This document shows, one piece after another, positions 13,401 through 25,204 of a stretch of DNA of 64,000 nucleotides. Position 1 is the stretch's first letter. Each line of letters starts with the position of its first letter. The notes beneath the pieces were generated by a model. The model saw nothing but the letters and a program-made list of their open reading frames with translations. It did no database searches and was not told the origin of the DNA. Position numbers and translations under genes: made by a program. The stretch is from positions 3,906,001 to 3,970,000 of the forward strand of contig CM120646.1 of the NCBI GenBank assembly GCA_051362555.1, read 5' to 3'. The DNA is from Lingula anatina (Eukaryota; Animalia; Brachiopoda).

Positions 13401-13609
13401 TATCAACCCCGTCTACCTTTCCATTTATAAATGATATACTGCTGTATCGTAAGTTATGTACTGTATACGTCGATAAAACGGTATGTAACCGCTAACTTCT
13501 CATATATTTCCAGGCGCCAGAATTCTTCCATAGCTATATTTTTGATCGACTGGCCATAAAACACCTCCGAGACATGAAGGCATTGTCGACTGCTTTGAAA
13601 CAGCTTTAA
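8077..13609 (+). CDS. ARM-repeat / TIR / SAM domain protein (SARM-like invertebrate TIR protein), 661 aa, 10 coding exons
   Basis: Exons 8077-8661, 8970-9108, 9673-10010, 10280-10403, 10626-10780, 11054-11213, 11831-12042, 12518-12630, 13028-13091 and 13514-13609 are all GT-AG with matching phases, totalling 1986 nt to TAA. ARM-like helices: LAAGLEALAKNEDNKPVIVRKGALPLLTKML...AVSAIWELSF. TIR: HIMISYNWDNQ...GYKVWMDIEQM...AVENAAVVLIAMSQKYKDSKPCRKEAEY...IIPLLVQPGYKPNGWLG. SAM-like: VQDWGKEDVIGWLKSYGL...LTGEEIGYL. An acceptor at 8060-8061 just before the ATG implies upstream UTR exon(s). Confidence 0.88.
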
Positions 13610-14793
13610 CCAGAGAAGAATTATAAACAAGTCTTCTAATTCTGCAACGTTTTGTTAAATGCTGGGGACCATTTTATATTCACTCCCTTTATTCAATGGG
13701 AACACTGTGTTGTAAATTGAAGCAGCCCACGCTGGTGGCGCCCTCGCTTGGTATAATTTGATATTACTGATCACGTGGCGTGTGGGTAACTATAAAAAAT
13801 TCAATTAAAATCCGCCATCTGTTGCACTAATACGGCCTATAGTGTACACGACGTTTAATGAAATTTTAGGGAAAAAACATGTCAAGTACACTGTATTTGT
13901 TAAGATTTTTATACAAATGTGTTTCTAGAAGTATTTTTTAATAATGTTTTTTATTTTATTACATACAACGCATTATTGATATTTACATGTTTGCAGTTTT
14001 CGTAAATATGTAATCCAAATATTTAATTAAACGTTATTGATTTTTGTACAATTTTTTAACAACTTTTGTATAAATATAGTTCGGCTATCACCAACTGTGC
14101 GTAAAAAACTTCATATCATATTTATATTTACAAAAAGTATATGTTACATATAATATAAAGATATATAACATTTTATATTGTGTTGCTCTTGGTAAAATTT
14201 AATGACATCCCGGTACAAGAAAATATTGCGTAGAAGTAAAGGGACGTGTGGGAACCCACAGTGTGATCTCTGCGTTCTGGTTTAAAACTTTTATAACATG
14301 CCACGTGCCATATACTGGTAATACAGGTGCATAATAATACTTGAAGAGATAAATAAATGGAAAATAAAAATAATGATGGTTTTTCTATAATTTCTGTCAC
14401 ATGTCTCAAGAACTGCAATCTAAATAGGTGGAGGTGGGGGTTATGGTTGGAAATTCTTCACCAGTTCTTTCAAGTTAAGACTCCCATTGACCGTTTGCAC
14501 ATGTACTTCAAGGAAGAAGGGTGTGCGTAGGGCCTGGTGTCCCCCTCGCCCCCCCCCCCCCCCCCACCCCCCAACCCCAAAAAATAATAACAATAGATAC
14601 TCCTTATCTCCACCAAAAAGAGAATAACAAGCAGACCAATAACAATTCAAACAAAAATTCCATTCCAGTGTTTAACATATTGCAGTAAAATTGCCCTAAG
14701 CTATAATTTATCCATGCCGCCGCTACACCCCAGCACATTCCTGTCCCGAAAGTGCTATGAGCTTGAAAGGCCTTCAAAATCTTTTCTTCCAAA

Positions 14794-15081
14794 TCAGTTT
14801 GAATCAACAAGTTTAGACGGTGTTGTTGTCCTTGGAATTCGTGGACCCTGAATCCCAACGACTCCCCTACCAAACGTTGTATTTGTCTTCCACATGATGC
14901 GGAGCGGATTATTATAGTGCTGCGAGGTCTGAAGAACTATCATATCTCTCACTCGTGAGGAAGTGTCATGATCCTCCCTTATTTTCCAATTTATTTTGAG
15001 AGAGATGAAATAGCTGTTGCATATCCATAGAAAAAGCATTAGTATTATGCCGGACAGCAAGACAATTTCCTTCTTTTGCAT
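14794..15081 (-). CDS. Putative 95-aa signal-anchor (type II membrane-like) small protein; could be non-coding or a gene relic
   Basis: ATG in aaaATG context. MQKKE plus hydrophobic IVLLSGIILMLFLWICNSYFI, then a polar T/P-rich segment. Lies in a candidate exon starting at 15425 (atttcag|), with candidate upstream exons. Confidence 0.3.
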   Translation of the reverse strand: MQKKEIVLLSGIILMLFLWICNSYFISLKINWKIREDHDTSSRVRDMIVLQTSQHYNNPLRIMWKTNTTFGRGVVGIQGPRIPRTTTPSKLVDSN

Positions 15082-15928
15082 TTTATACGGACGTGCTCCT
15101 TAAAGGTAACACTCTTCTCAACTAACACACTGACGCGTTGCTCGTAGACAAAAGCGTCTTCTCCAACACATTGTTCAATACAGTTAACCTTACGGATACC
15201 AAAGCGTAGCATCCGGCGAAGTATTATTAGTATCCTTCATTGCAGCACAGTTTAAGAGACACGGGTTTTCCGGTGTCAACAATCAAAGCAGAAATCAAAT
15301 CTCGGCATGATCTGCTGTAGTGTCTTATACGTTTACATTACACAGTCTCTCTTGCTGCAAGCTCTTCTCGATCAACATATTGTTCGTTTCGTTTAGATGA
15401 TGTCTCCATAGAAAGGTGAAAACACCTGAAATATTCGCTATGTACCAACGCTGAAGTACGATGCACGTCCATATAAATTTTTCTTTTGTCTAGTACCCTA
15501 AATGCATTGGGCGTAACTGACTGTAGGCTAGTCGTAGGCTGTAGATGCTTGTCTATCTAGATCTTGAACGTCTGATCTTCCATGTGTCAATAGGGGAATC
15601 TCTAGGGCTGTGTAATTTTAAATTCTTTTGGAATATCAGTCGATTAATAAACAAGGCAAAGCAAGCGCTCCAGGGCTCGTGAAGTGAAGTGAAGGTTCTT
15701 CCCCTCCGGGAAAGGCGGTTGATGTGAGGGATTTTACCTGCTCCGTTTTAACGCTGACGCCCCTGCCTAAAAGAAAAATAATCTATGAATATGCAGAAAA
15801 GATTAAGAAGTCAAATAAGAAATCCAACTTAAGATTCGCCCAATACACCCCTCTCTCCCTCTCTTAACACGTTTTACCCTCTTTAAATTAAAGTTTTTTA
15901 TTATTATTACTATTATTAATATTATTAT

Positions 15929-15977
<49 letters not shown>

Positions 15978-16542
15978 GTCCTTTCACATAGTATGTAATC
16001 TGTACACAGACATATGCAATAAAGCCAAAAAATAAACACAATAAGAGCTACCTGTACGGCGCACTAAGTAAATGATGTAGCGAATCTAATCTAGCAAACG
16101 AACAAGATCCTAAAATGTTTACTATCCAGTCAAGAGCTTCAGAATGTCTATTTGATTTCTCAGGTTTCAACCACTAACCGAGGCAAAGTATTTTTCTTTA
16201 TTTAAAGTACTTGCAAAAAGAGTAAATAGCTTACCGACCTCGTTTCCTAAAATGCCATTGTTATAAATTGTATTAAAGTGTATAGGTGTGGGTGTTGAAT
16301 CTCGAAATTATATCTAGAGTACGTGGTTATTTGCGATAAACCTGGCTATCCAATATATGGAAGACACACACCATAGTTTGTTATTGGGTTTACTAGCATT
16401 CACTATGAACTCAAACCGGATTAAACAGAATTTAGATGATCCTAGAAGAAATTCTGGTTCCCACTGCTTTTTATTGGGCCTAATTTATCTGTCATCTATT
16501 TTCATATCTTCCTTTCCTCTCCTCTCGCCATCCATAGTTTAA

Positions 16543-16586
<44 letters not shown>

Positions 16587-17904
16587 GTATAAAAACAACA
16601 AAAATACCTGCTCAGCAAGTGTCACACTTTTCCTCCATTAGTTTATTAGCATTATCCACTCCACCTCCATTCCTTATTGCAGCGAATTCCTCTGTAACAC
16701 AATCGGCAATCTTCAGTAGTCCGGTGTCTTGTGTAGTTGCCATAGCTGTATGTTAAAGACCATAGAAAGATCGGGGGTGAAATCGTTTCAATACCGCAGT
16801 GGACTGAAGTGCACAGCACTTCTGCTTCATAAAAAAGGTGTTAATATCCCTCTAATATAGCACGTTTTTAAGAATGAATCTCTTCGGGCGCGAAATGAAT
16901 ATTTGTGTGTCTTGTCATCACGGAGACAGTTTTGCCAAAGGGAGAATGGTTGAAAGGATTTCTATAGAAGCAGCTTGTCGGTAATTGTTCGGCAGAGCGA
17001 ATTCAACTCCACTCACTCACAGGTGACCTGACGCTGAGCTGATAACTCTTATATCACTACAGTGGACATTATTAACACAAGGCAGTGTAAACGAATCCAT
17101 ATCCATTGTCCAAGTCACCGTCCAACTCTGCTTAGGCCTATACATGATGGTCATTGCAGCCTAAGTAAATAAGTTTAAAGACGGTCTAATAACTTTCTTT
17201 ACTTCTCTGATGTGTTTTGATAGAATGCATGATGTTGGAGGGTTTCGTATGCCACTGACCCCTTCTCACAATAGAACTGGAGTCGAAAGTTGCTTTAAGT
17301 CAGAAAATATTAGTTCAAGTTTGGTCCTGATAATTAATATTTTCCGCGTTTCGTTAGTATAGCGGAAAATTATTGTATTCACGGTTTGTGATGAAAAAGA
17401 AGGTAGCCTACGTGGAGATGTTTGGGTGGATGACGTAATAAGGTAGAGTTATGAGTAGTAGGGTAATATATGCGTGGTCACTTTCTAGCCTGCTTGCGGA
17501 AGGGAGGGATCATTTTTCCCAAAAATATTACATAAAATATTATTTGATTAGATCATGCCCAGTTTTCAGAGTTTTTGTCCCATGAACTATGTGGGATAAA
17601 TGGCGGGGATCGATTAAAACATATCTGTAGTGTAGCTATAGATTGAGTGCTGAATCTTCAAAATTCGAGAAATGGATTTTTACGTGTCTAGAATCCTTTT
17701 ATTTTCAGTTCATAATGGTGGCCTTTTTAAATTTTATTTTATATATTTTATATAATTATTTTTTTCCGTTAGGAGGTCGAGATTGAATATTTTGATAGGT
17801 GTTGAGGCTTCCACTATTCTACTAATACCGTTTTCGCAAAAAAAAAAAAGTAATTTATTACCCTCACGACACAATGCGAGTTCCCGTGACGCAATTTCCC
17901 ATAC

Positions 17905-18012
17905 GTTGCTATGAACAAAAGCAAACAACATACTTCCCACAATGCACTTGGTTGCTGCGAACAAATCAACATCAGTCTTCCCATGGTGCATTAGGTTGCT
18001 ACGAACAAAACG
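17905..18012 (+). promoter_or_regulatory. Three X-box-like (RFX half-site) motifs GTTGCTnnGAACAAA at about 45-bp spacing at the 5' end of three-finger paralog A
   Basis: GTTGCTATGAAC 17905, GTTGCTGCGAAC 17951 and GTTGCTACGAAC 17995, immediately before the first donor at 18043. Confidence 0.45.
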
Positions 18013-18489
18013 ACAGTTGAGCGGGAAGAAAAGAAGAAATAGGTAGGAATATGAATCGCTCTCGATGTATTGAATCTTTTCATAGACTATAGGATTGCAT
18101 GTGACATCACGTATCTGTGAAAGTTAAATTTGTAGCGTGTGATTATTCATTTGATGCATAGAATTATACAAATTTAAATTTCAGCGTTTTAAAAAAGCTT
18201 GAGATATTGCATATGGACAGAATTGTAGAATCTTAACGTTTGAAAGTTGTGCTCAGAGTTCATATTAGTTTATTCAATTGCAACCCGAAGATTGAAGTTG
18301 TACAAGTTGTGTGATATTCATGTCAGAATCACCAGTATTGTTACCTCTCCTACCCAGTAAATTTGCTAACAGTGCGTGTGACTTATTTGCTGGACGAGCA
18401 GAAAGATAATATTATTTGTTGTCCACATCAAACTTATTTCTACACATTATACTTATTTTCAGGATCTGATTTTTTTTATAAAAGCCAAG

Positions 18490-21009
18490 ATGAAGTACTT
18501 GGCTTTGTCATTACTTGCTGCTTTTATTTGCACATCTGCAGCACTTGAGGTATGGACAAATCCTGTTTTTCTTGTTTAAATGGGGTAACAACTTAAAATT
18601 GTTAAAAAGAATAATGATAAGGAAATGAACCATTGCTTGTTCCTTAATGGCATTTAAGGGAGAGGATGGTTTTTTTTTAAACTGTTATGCTTATTTTGAG
18701 ATTGCGTTACAAAATTAAAAGATTTTCCTTCTTTTCTCTCGCAGTGTTATGTTGGTGAAGCTGAGTATGGTAATATGCCCTTAACAAGGAAATGCCCGAC
18801 AAGTGCAGACGCCTGTGCTGGATGGTATGACAGAGAATTTAACAATGTGACAGACCCCACTACTACATCTTATTATGCATGTGTCACATTGGGTGATACT
18901 CCTGAGTGTGTCCTTGATCTTCCATGCCTGACGGTAAGGTTTATGTCAATCAAACCACAGAAATTTCTTCCACATGATTCTCTTTTATTTCAACCCTTAT
19001 TCCACATGATTCTCTTTTATTCCAACCCTTATTCAGCGATCATTTTTATTTAATGACCTTTTTAGTTTAAAGGGCTAGCGACCCAGAAATGAAAAAGGGC
19101 TTTGGTCCCAAAAATGAATTTTCCTGGGGTAAATGACAATTTTCCCATACTTGCCAAAGGTTTATGAATCCGTTCTTTTTTTAAAGTTTGGTTTCAGAAT
19201 ACAGCCATCTAATGGTATGCAAAGATAAGATATGAATTTGTCAGCAACAAAAGATTTATCTGATATATTTAATAAGGACAAAATTTTAAGTTAACCAAAT
19301 AAAAATACTAGTATGTTGAATTGTGAAGCATCTATCCAATTGGAGTTATCATGGCCTTTAGCCTGCGTCTAGGTGTAGAATGCTGTCTTGTATTACAAAA
19401 CACTTGATGATTTCACTTTTAGGTCAGTAACACCAGCACTTACTACTGCTGCCAGACAGACTCTTGCAACAAAATTGTCCAGCTTGACACTGGCAATATT
19501 CCAGGCACCAGCAGGAGGAGGGTAGGTTTGTCTGAAATTTGTATACATAACCTTTTCAGAATTAATGGGGAGTTTTTAAGGTTATTATGGTAGTTAGTGT
19601 TACATATAGCACACCACAGACAACAGCTGTTCTTTGTTCAAATTTCAGTAAGTTAACCAGGATTTTTGTTCATAACTATTTTCTTCTGTCTTTCATCTGT
19701 CTTTAGTTATATATATATTTAAGTGTGGAATGATTTTTTTTTTAATTAAGATGTTTGTGATTTCCCTTTTCACCTGAGGCCAATTTAAACTTGGCAAGTC
19801 TCATCTTTCAATTCTTCATGTAACTGCACATCTTCAAAGTATTTAAAAAAAACTATTTCCAGTGTTATGTTGGCTCTAATGACTATGGTCTGCCCAGGGC
19901 CACCAACTGCCCAGAAGATCAGCGTAAATGCGCCTTCTATAAAGACGAGTCCACCAATGTGATCCATTGGACATGTGTGGCAGCCGGAGAATCAAAATGC
20001 AATTCCACTACTATTGCTCCAACTGTGAGTAAACCAATAAAAAGTCACATGCCATAATACACAAATTCCAATGTTTTAAAGCACACAGTATTTTTTCCTT
20101 CTTTTGTGAAGGGTTATTTTTATAAAGCAATCTGCATAGGATTACGACACACTGCAAATTAATAATGAACGTTAGTAGTTTTTAAAACCAATTAAAGTAT
20201 TGGGGGGGGGGGAGAACATAGTGATTTTTTATTATTATTTTAATCTGCTTTAGTTGTAAGTTTTCACCAAAGGCATTTACATGCTCAGTGTTTAATGCAA
20301 AACAGCTTTATTTCTGTGTTTTATTCCCCACAGGATACCAGCAGCACTGCCTACCTATGCTGTGACACTAATCACTGTAACCCAGCCACTTTGATGCCTA
20401 CCCCAGCTCCTACACAAGCACCTACCCAAGCACCTACCCAAGCACCCACGGTGAGTGAATCCTGAAAGAAAATATACAACCTTTGGTGAATGAGTCTGTC
20501 AAGGCACTTGCCATATCAAAGTTTGTTCTTACAGCATGTGAAGCTTACTGTGAACCCTACAATTTTCACTACCAATTTATTATTATTATTATTTTTTTTT
20601 TTTTTTTTGTGCCAATCACTTTGTTTTTTCATGAAATAACACCACTTCACAAAATGTGCACACTGCATGTTTCACAGCGCTGGATGTATTATTTTTCCTT
20701 TGATTTTCTGGGTATTTAAAAATTTCATATTAGTATTAAATAAGTATTTTCATTTGTGAACGATGTTGTAGTATTAAAATGCAAATCAGATTTTTTGTCT
20801 AAAACATACTCAAATATTTTCATGCAGTGAATGCGAGTAATATTTTGCATGAACTTGTATTCTTACAGGCTGGGAGTGAGGCTGAGGGTGAAGCTGAGGG
20901 CGGAGGTGGGACAACGGCAGTGGCAGAGTCAGCAGCTGCTCTCGCCCATCCAGTGATACTCCTGGTGCAGGCAGCACTGGCCATGGCAGTATCCGTCACC
21001 CTACTATAA
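18490..21009 (+). CDS. GPI-anchored protein with two three-finger (Ly6/uPAR-like) domains, paralog A, 255 aa
   Basis: Coding exons 18490-18549 (signal peptide MKYLALSLLAAFICTSAALE), 18745-18933, 19423-19521, 19863-20024, 20334-20450 and 20869-21009, all phase 0. Both domains start CYVG and end in the LU hallmark CCxxxxCN (CCQTDSCN, CCDTNHCN). A PTQA-repeat stalk leads to a C-terminal GPI-type signal (ESAAALAHPVILLVQAALAMAVSVTLL*). A non-coding first exon ends at 18042 (AG|gtagga). Confidence 0.87.
18968..19034. repeat. Tandem duplication, 32-bp unit x2, intronic
   Basis: ttccacatgattctcttttattYcaaccctta repeated twice. Confidence 0.85.
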
Positions 21010-22149
21010 AACACTCCTTGAACAGATTGAAAACACTTGATTGGCTTGGCTGATAATGATCTTAACCTTTCGACCTTCCCTCGGAGTTTAAGTGAAGCTG
21101 ACTGACAAGTTGAATTGGGCGTTTTCTCTGTTTTGCAAATAAATGACAGCATGAGTAAAACTGACAAAATTATCATTAAATTATTTCTTCAAAATTTCAT
21201 CCCTTCCTGAGGAGTGCAGTGAATTTCAAGATGGACAGATTGCCTGAACAGAATTGATGTGCCTTTTTTATAATCCACCAGTAAATTGTGTAATATGACC
21301 TAGGTAGAAACAGCAAGGCCGGGTGGTGAAGGTCTATGATATATATGTTCTGCGCAGTGTTCAACTGAAATGATGTGCTCAAATGTTGAAAAAAAAAAAG
21401 AGGAAAAATTATACACTAAATGGTAAATTCAAGGAGTGATGACACTGGTTATAGTCTTCTGTAACGGTTGATAGCACCATGATTTTACCGTAAAGTTTGA
21501 GGTTAATTATTGGATTAAAAAAAAGAAACAATATTTTACATGAAGCTAATAAAATTCAATCCAACAATTTGATCTTGTTAATTGATGCTGGGCAAATATG
21601 TGCAGTGTGATAAACAAATTATAACAAAGGGTGTAATAATTAAAGTACTGTATTTTCACAAAGAAAAAATATTTAAGAGAAATAGAAGGAAATTAAGAGT
21701 TCTAACCAATTGTTCAGTTTAGGGAAAGAAAATAAGTTTTGGTGTGACAGTAACATGTGCGATAGGACTGAGGTGGAGAAGTTCTTGGGATATGGAGGCA
21801 AGCACTGTCCGTCTACTTACGTATAATAACTGTACATAATAATAATGTCGATAATAACTGTACATTCTGTGACATTAAAGGTGACGCATTGTTTTGCAAT
21901 GAATCATTATTTTTTACAAATGTGCGTCAATTATAGGCCTAGACATTTTCATCACCAAACACTGAGTAGGCCTACTTTGATTACAACTGACTCACTGAGT
22001 ACTATTCATTTCACGAAAAACATGCCATATGAATGCGAATTCACAAGCCACGGGAATGGGGTGCTTCGCGGATTAAAAATATGATCGTTTCAGTGGCGTC
22101 TTGTTGCAAAACTGAATTTGCAAAATAAGTCTATAAATGTTGTCCTTTT

Positions 22150-22278
22150 TGACCTTTGACCTATGATATCATCTTGTTTTGTTGCTACGAACGAATAGCA
22201 ATCCCACAATGCACACGGTTACTACAAACAAATCAACACCATCGCTCCCAGGATGCATCTGGTTGCTACGAACAAAAC
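22150..22278 (+). promoter_or_regulatory. Homologous X-box-like triplet plus a perfect nuclear-receptor DR1 at the 5' end of paralog B
   Basis: TGACCTTTGACCT 22150-22162; GTTGCTACGAAC 22181, GTTACTACAAAC 22218, GTTGCTACGAAC 22262. Confidence 0.45.
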
Positions 22279-22787
22279 GGCAGTTGAGCGGGAAGGATTG
22301 AAGAGAGAACAGGTAGATATCGTTTCCCTTTTTTTTAAACAGTCGTTGTGATGATAAATAAGAGGATAACATTTCCGTAATAGATTTCAAGTTGAAACAA
22401 ATATATCAGCATTCAATATTTTAGGACATGATTCTCTAAACGGATAAAAACAAAGAAAATATCATTTTCAAATACAGTTTCAAGACTGAATTTCAAGGAT
22501 GGGTCATGAGACTATAAAACAATTCTCAGTCTTAACATTTAATGACTGGAAAATACTGAATACTTTTCTTAATATAAATGTAAAATGGATTTATTAAATC
22601 ATTAAAATGGAATTTTTAGTGAAACCATTTCAACGTCTTCTGTTTGAAGGTTGTTTGAGGAAGGGTCTGAATGTTATGTTTCATAGGTATATAAATATAT
22701 TTAAATAAATAAAATTGTTTAAAATCTTTAGTTACTCTCTACCTTTTTGTCACATATCTCGTGTTCCAGATTTTAGAGTCCGCCAAG

Positions 22788-25204
22788 ATGAAGTACTTGG
22801 CATTGATTTTGGTTGTTGCATTCATAGGCACATCATCAGCTCTTGAAGTAAGTTGATCATCTATTTAACTTACTGTTCATAAAAATGTTATTTAGATTAT
22901 GATCCAGGAAACGTCTATGAATTAGGAAACGTAAGACTTGTGATCTCACAAACAACTGAAAAATTTGCAGTGTGAACATTGCATGATATTGTTTGGAATT
23001 GCCACGTTTTAAGGTATTCTTCACTTTTACAATATCTTTTAGATAATTTAATTTTGTTTATATTAAACTCATTTTGTACATATTACAATTTTAATTTAGA
23101 AATATGATGAATATCAATTTACTTTTCCCTTTTACAACAGTGCTATGTTGGTAGGGCAATGTATGGCACCATGCCCTTTACAAGGAGATGCCCAGCAAGT
23201 GCAGACGCCTGTGCTGCATGGTATGACAGAGCAGCTAACAATGAGACAGACCCCACTACTACATCTTTTCATGAATGTGTCACGTTGGCTGATACTCCTG
23301 AGTGTGTCCTTGATCTTTCATGCCTGACTGTAAGTTACCCTAAGTTCCCAAAGTTTTGCAAATTTGTATCCTGTACTATATCTAGCATACTAGAACAAAA
23401 TTTCATTTGTCAAATGCTACAGAAGCTTTCAGTCAAGAACAATATATCTACTGTTTGCAATGTTTGTTTTTCTTTTTTTTTTTTCATTTTCTCATCAAGT
23501 TGGTTATTCTGATGAGAACAAAATGCCATGATATGGAGTGGCCTGAACCAGTAAACTGATTGAAAATGTTAAAATTGCCTTTGATCATATCATCATTTTT
23601 TATTTATTTATTTTATTTTTTTTCTTTGTAGGGGGTCCAAATTAAGTGATCCCAGACACTGGTTACAATATAGCCACCAGTCCATTACTTTTTTTTTTCT
23701 TACAACCAAAAATCATGTCTGATTAAAGACAGTGTAATATTTTTTCATTTTCTAGCATATTATTTCTTTGCCTTTGCCAGGTCAGTAACACCAGCACTTA
23801 CTACTGCTGCCAGACAGACTCTTGCAACAAAATTGTCCAACTTGACACTGGCACTATGCCAGGCACCAGCAGGAGGAGGGTAGGTTTGGAGCTGTAATTG
23901 GCTTTAATCACTAATAATCAGTATCATTTCTAGTTAATTTTCATCTCTAGTGATTTTGATATACATGTATTTCCTATTTATAGAATATTTGATATATACA
24001 ATATAAGCATCTTCTATAGAATTCCCGTAATGCTTCTGATTGTTCAATCTTTTGTAATGTCCTCATTTTCATGTGTCATTATCATTATTTAGATGACTAA
24101 GTTACACATCCATCTTGACTGTTGAGTAATTCCTGTTTTTCTACTGCTAAGTGCTATGTGGGCTCCAGTGACTACGGTCTACCCAGACCCACCAACTGTG
24201 CTGAGAGCAAACGGACCTGTGCCATCTACAAAGACCAGACCACCAACGTGGTCCACTGGACTTGTGTGGCCAATAATGATACCAAATGCAATTCCACTGC
24301 TGTTGCTGTCTCAGTAAGTACTGAATATGATGAGGAGTTTTATTGCCCCTTTCGTGTAGTTTGTTTATTTTTCATTTTTATTTTTTAATTTAAATTATAT
24401 ATACATATGGTAATTTTTTAAAATATATTTAAGGTAGATAATACTTATTGAGTCATATTACATACATACAGTGTATATATGTACATGTATGTAGAATAGT
24501 TACTTCTGTGCTACAGAATACAAGAATTGTATTGTCATACAGTTAAACAAATCAATTAAAAAATAACATTTTAAGATGCCATAGAACATACCCTTCACCT
24601 TGTACTTCTGATCACAGTTTGTCTTTAAACATAATACTTGCATTTCAAAACCTTTGTCTTGGATTGTTTGTCTATTTAGGCTACCACTAATAGTGAATAC
24701 CTTTGCTGCGGCACCAATCACTGCAATGTGGCCAGCCTAGGATTCACAGTAAGTATGAAGAATGATCAGTTTTCCATCGTTATCTTTTATATTTATTTGC
24801 ATAGGAAGTATGCTAAGCACCTTGTATTTATAGTTGTGTGATAGACAAAAGTGAACAAAGTTAAGCAAAAAACAAATTTTGTTACACTATCAGATCCTAA
24901 TCTGCTTCCAAAATGCATACTAGAATTTAGTGTCATTGACTTTCATCCACAGTATACCTGCCACCATTGGTAAATGTAGTGCAATGTGGATAACATAATT
25001 CTTTATTTATCATAGGTGTTAGCAGGCCCATTAACAAGTAATACTACTAATACCACAGCCGGGCCTGAGGGTGAGGCTGAGGGCGAAGCTGAGGGTGGAG
25101 TTGGGACAACGGCAGTGGCAAAGTCAGCGGCTGCTCTCTCCCATCCAGTGATACTCCTGGTGCAGGCAGCACTGGCCATGGCAGTATCCGTCGCCCTACT
25201 ATAA
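22788..25204 (+). CDS. GPI-anchored protein with two three-finger (Ly6/uPAR-like) domains, paralog B, 255 aa
   Basis: Coding exons 22788-22847, 23141-23329, 23781-23879, 24152-24313 (AAG acceptor), 24680-24748 and 25016-25204, all phase 0 with the same architecture as paralog A (CCQTDSCN, CCGTNHCN, hydrophobic C-terminus). A non-coding first exon ends at 22312 (AG|gtagat) and is homologous to that of A. Confidence 0.87.

Noticed and set aside
13725-13842. CTCF-like motifs downstream of the TIR gene stop codon
   Set aside because: Weak matches that probably belong to the 3' UTR or a small repeat; not supportable without a PWM scan.
17905-18012. CRISPR-like repeat-spacer array
   Set aside because: Only three short degenerate units with similar spacers, in a eukaryotic context with no cas genes.
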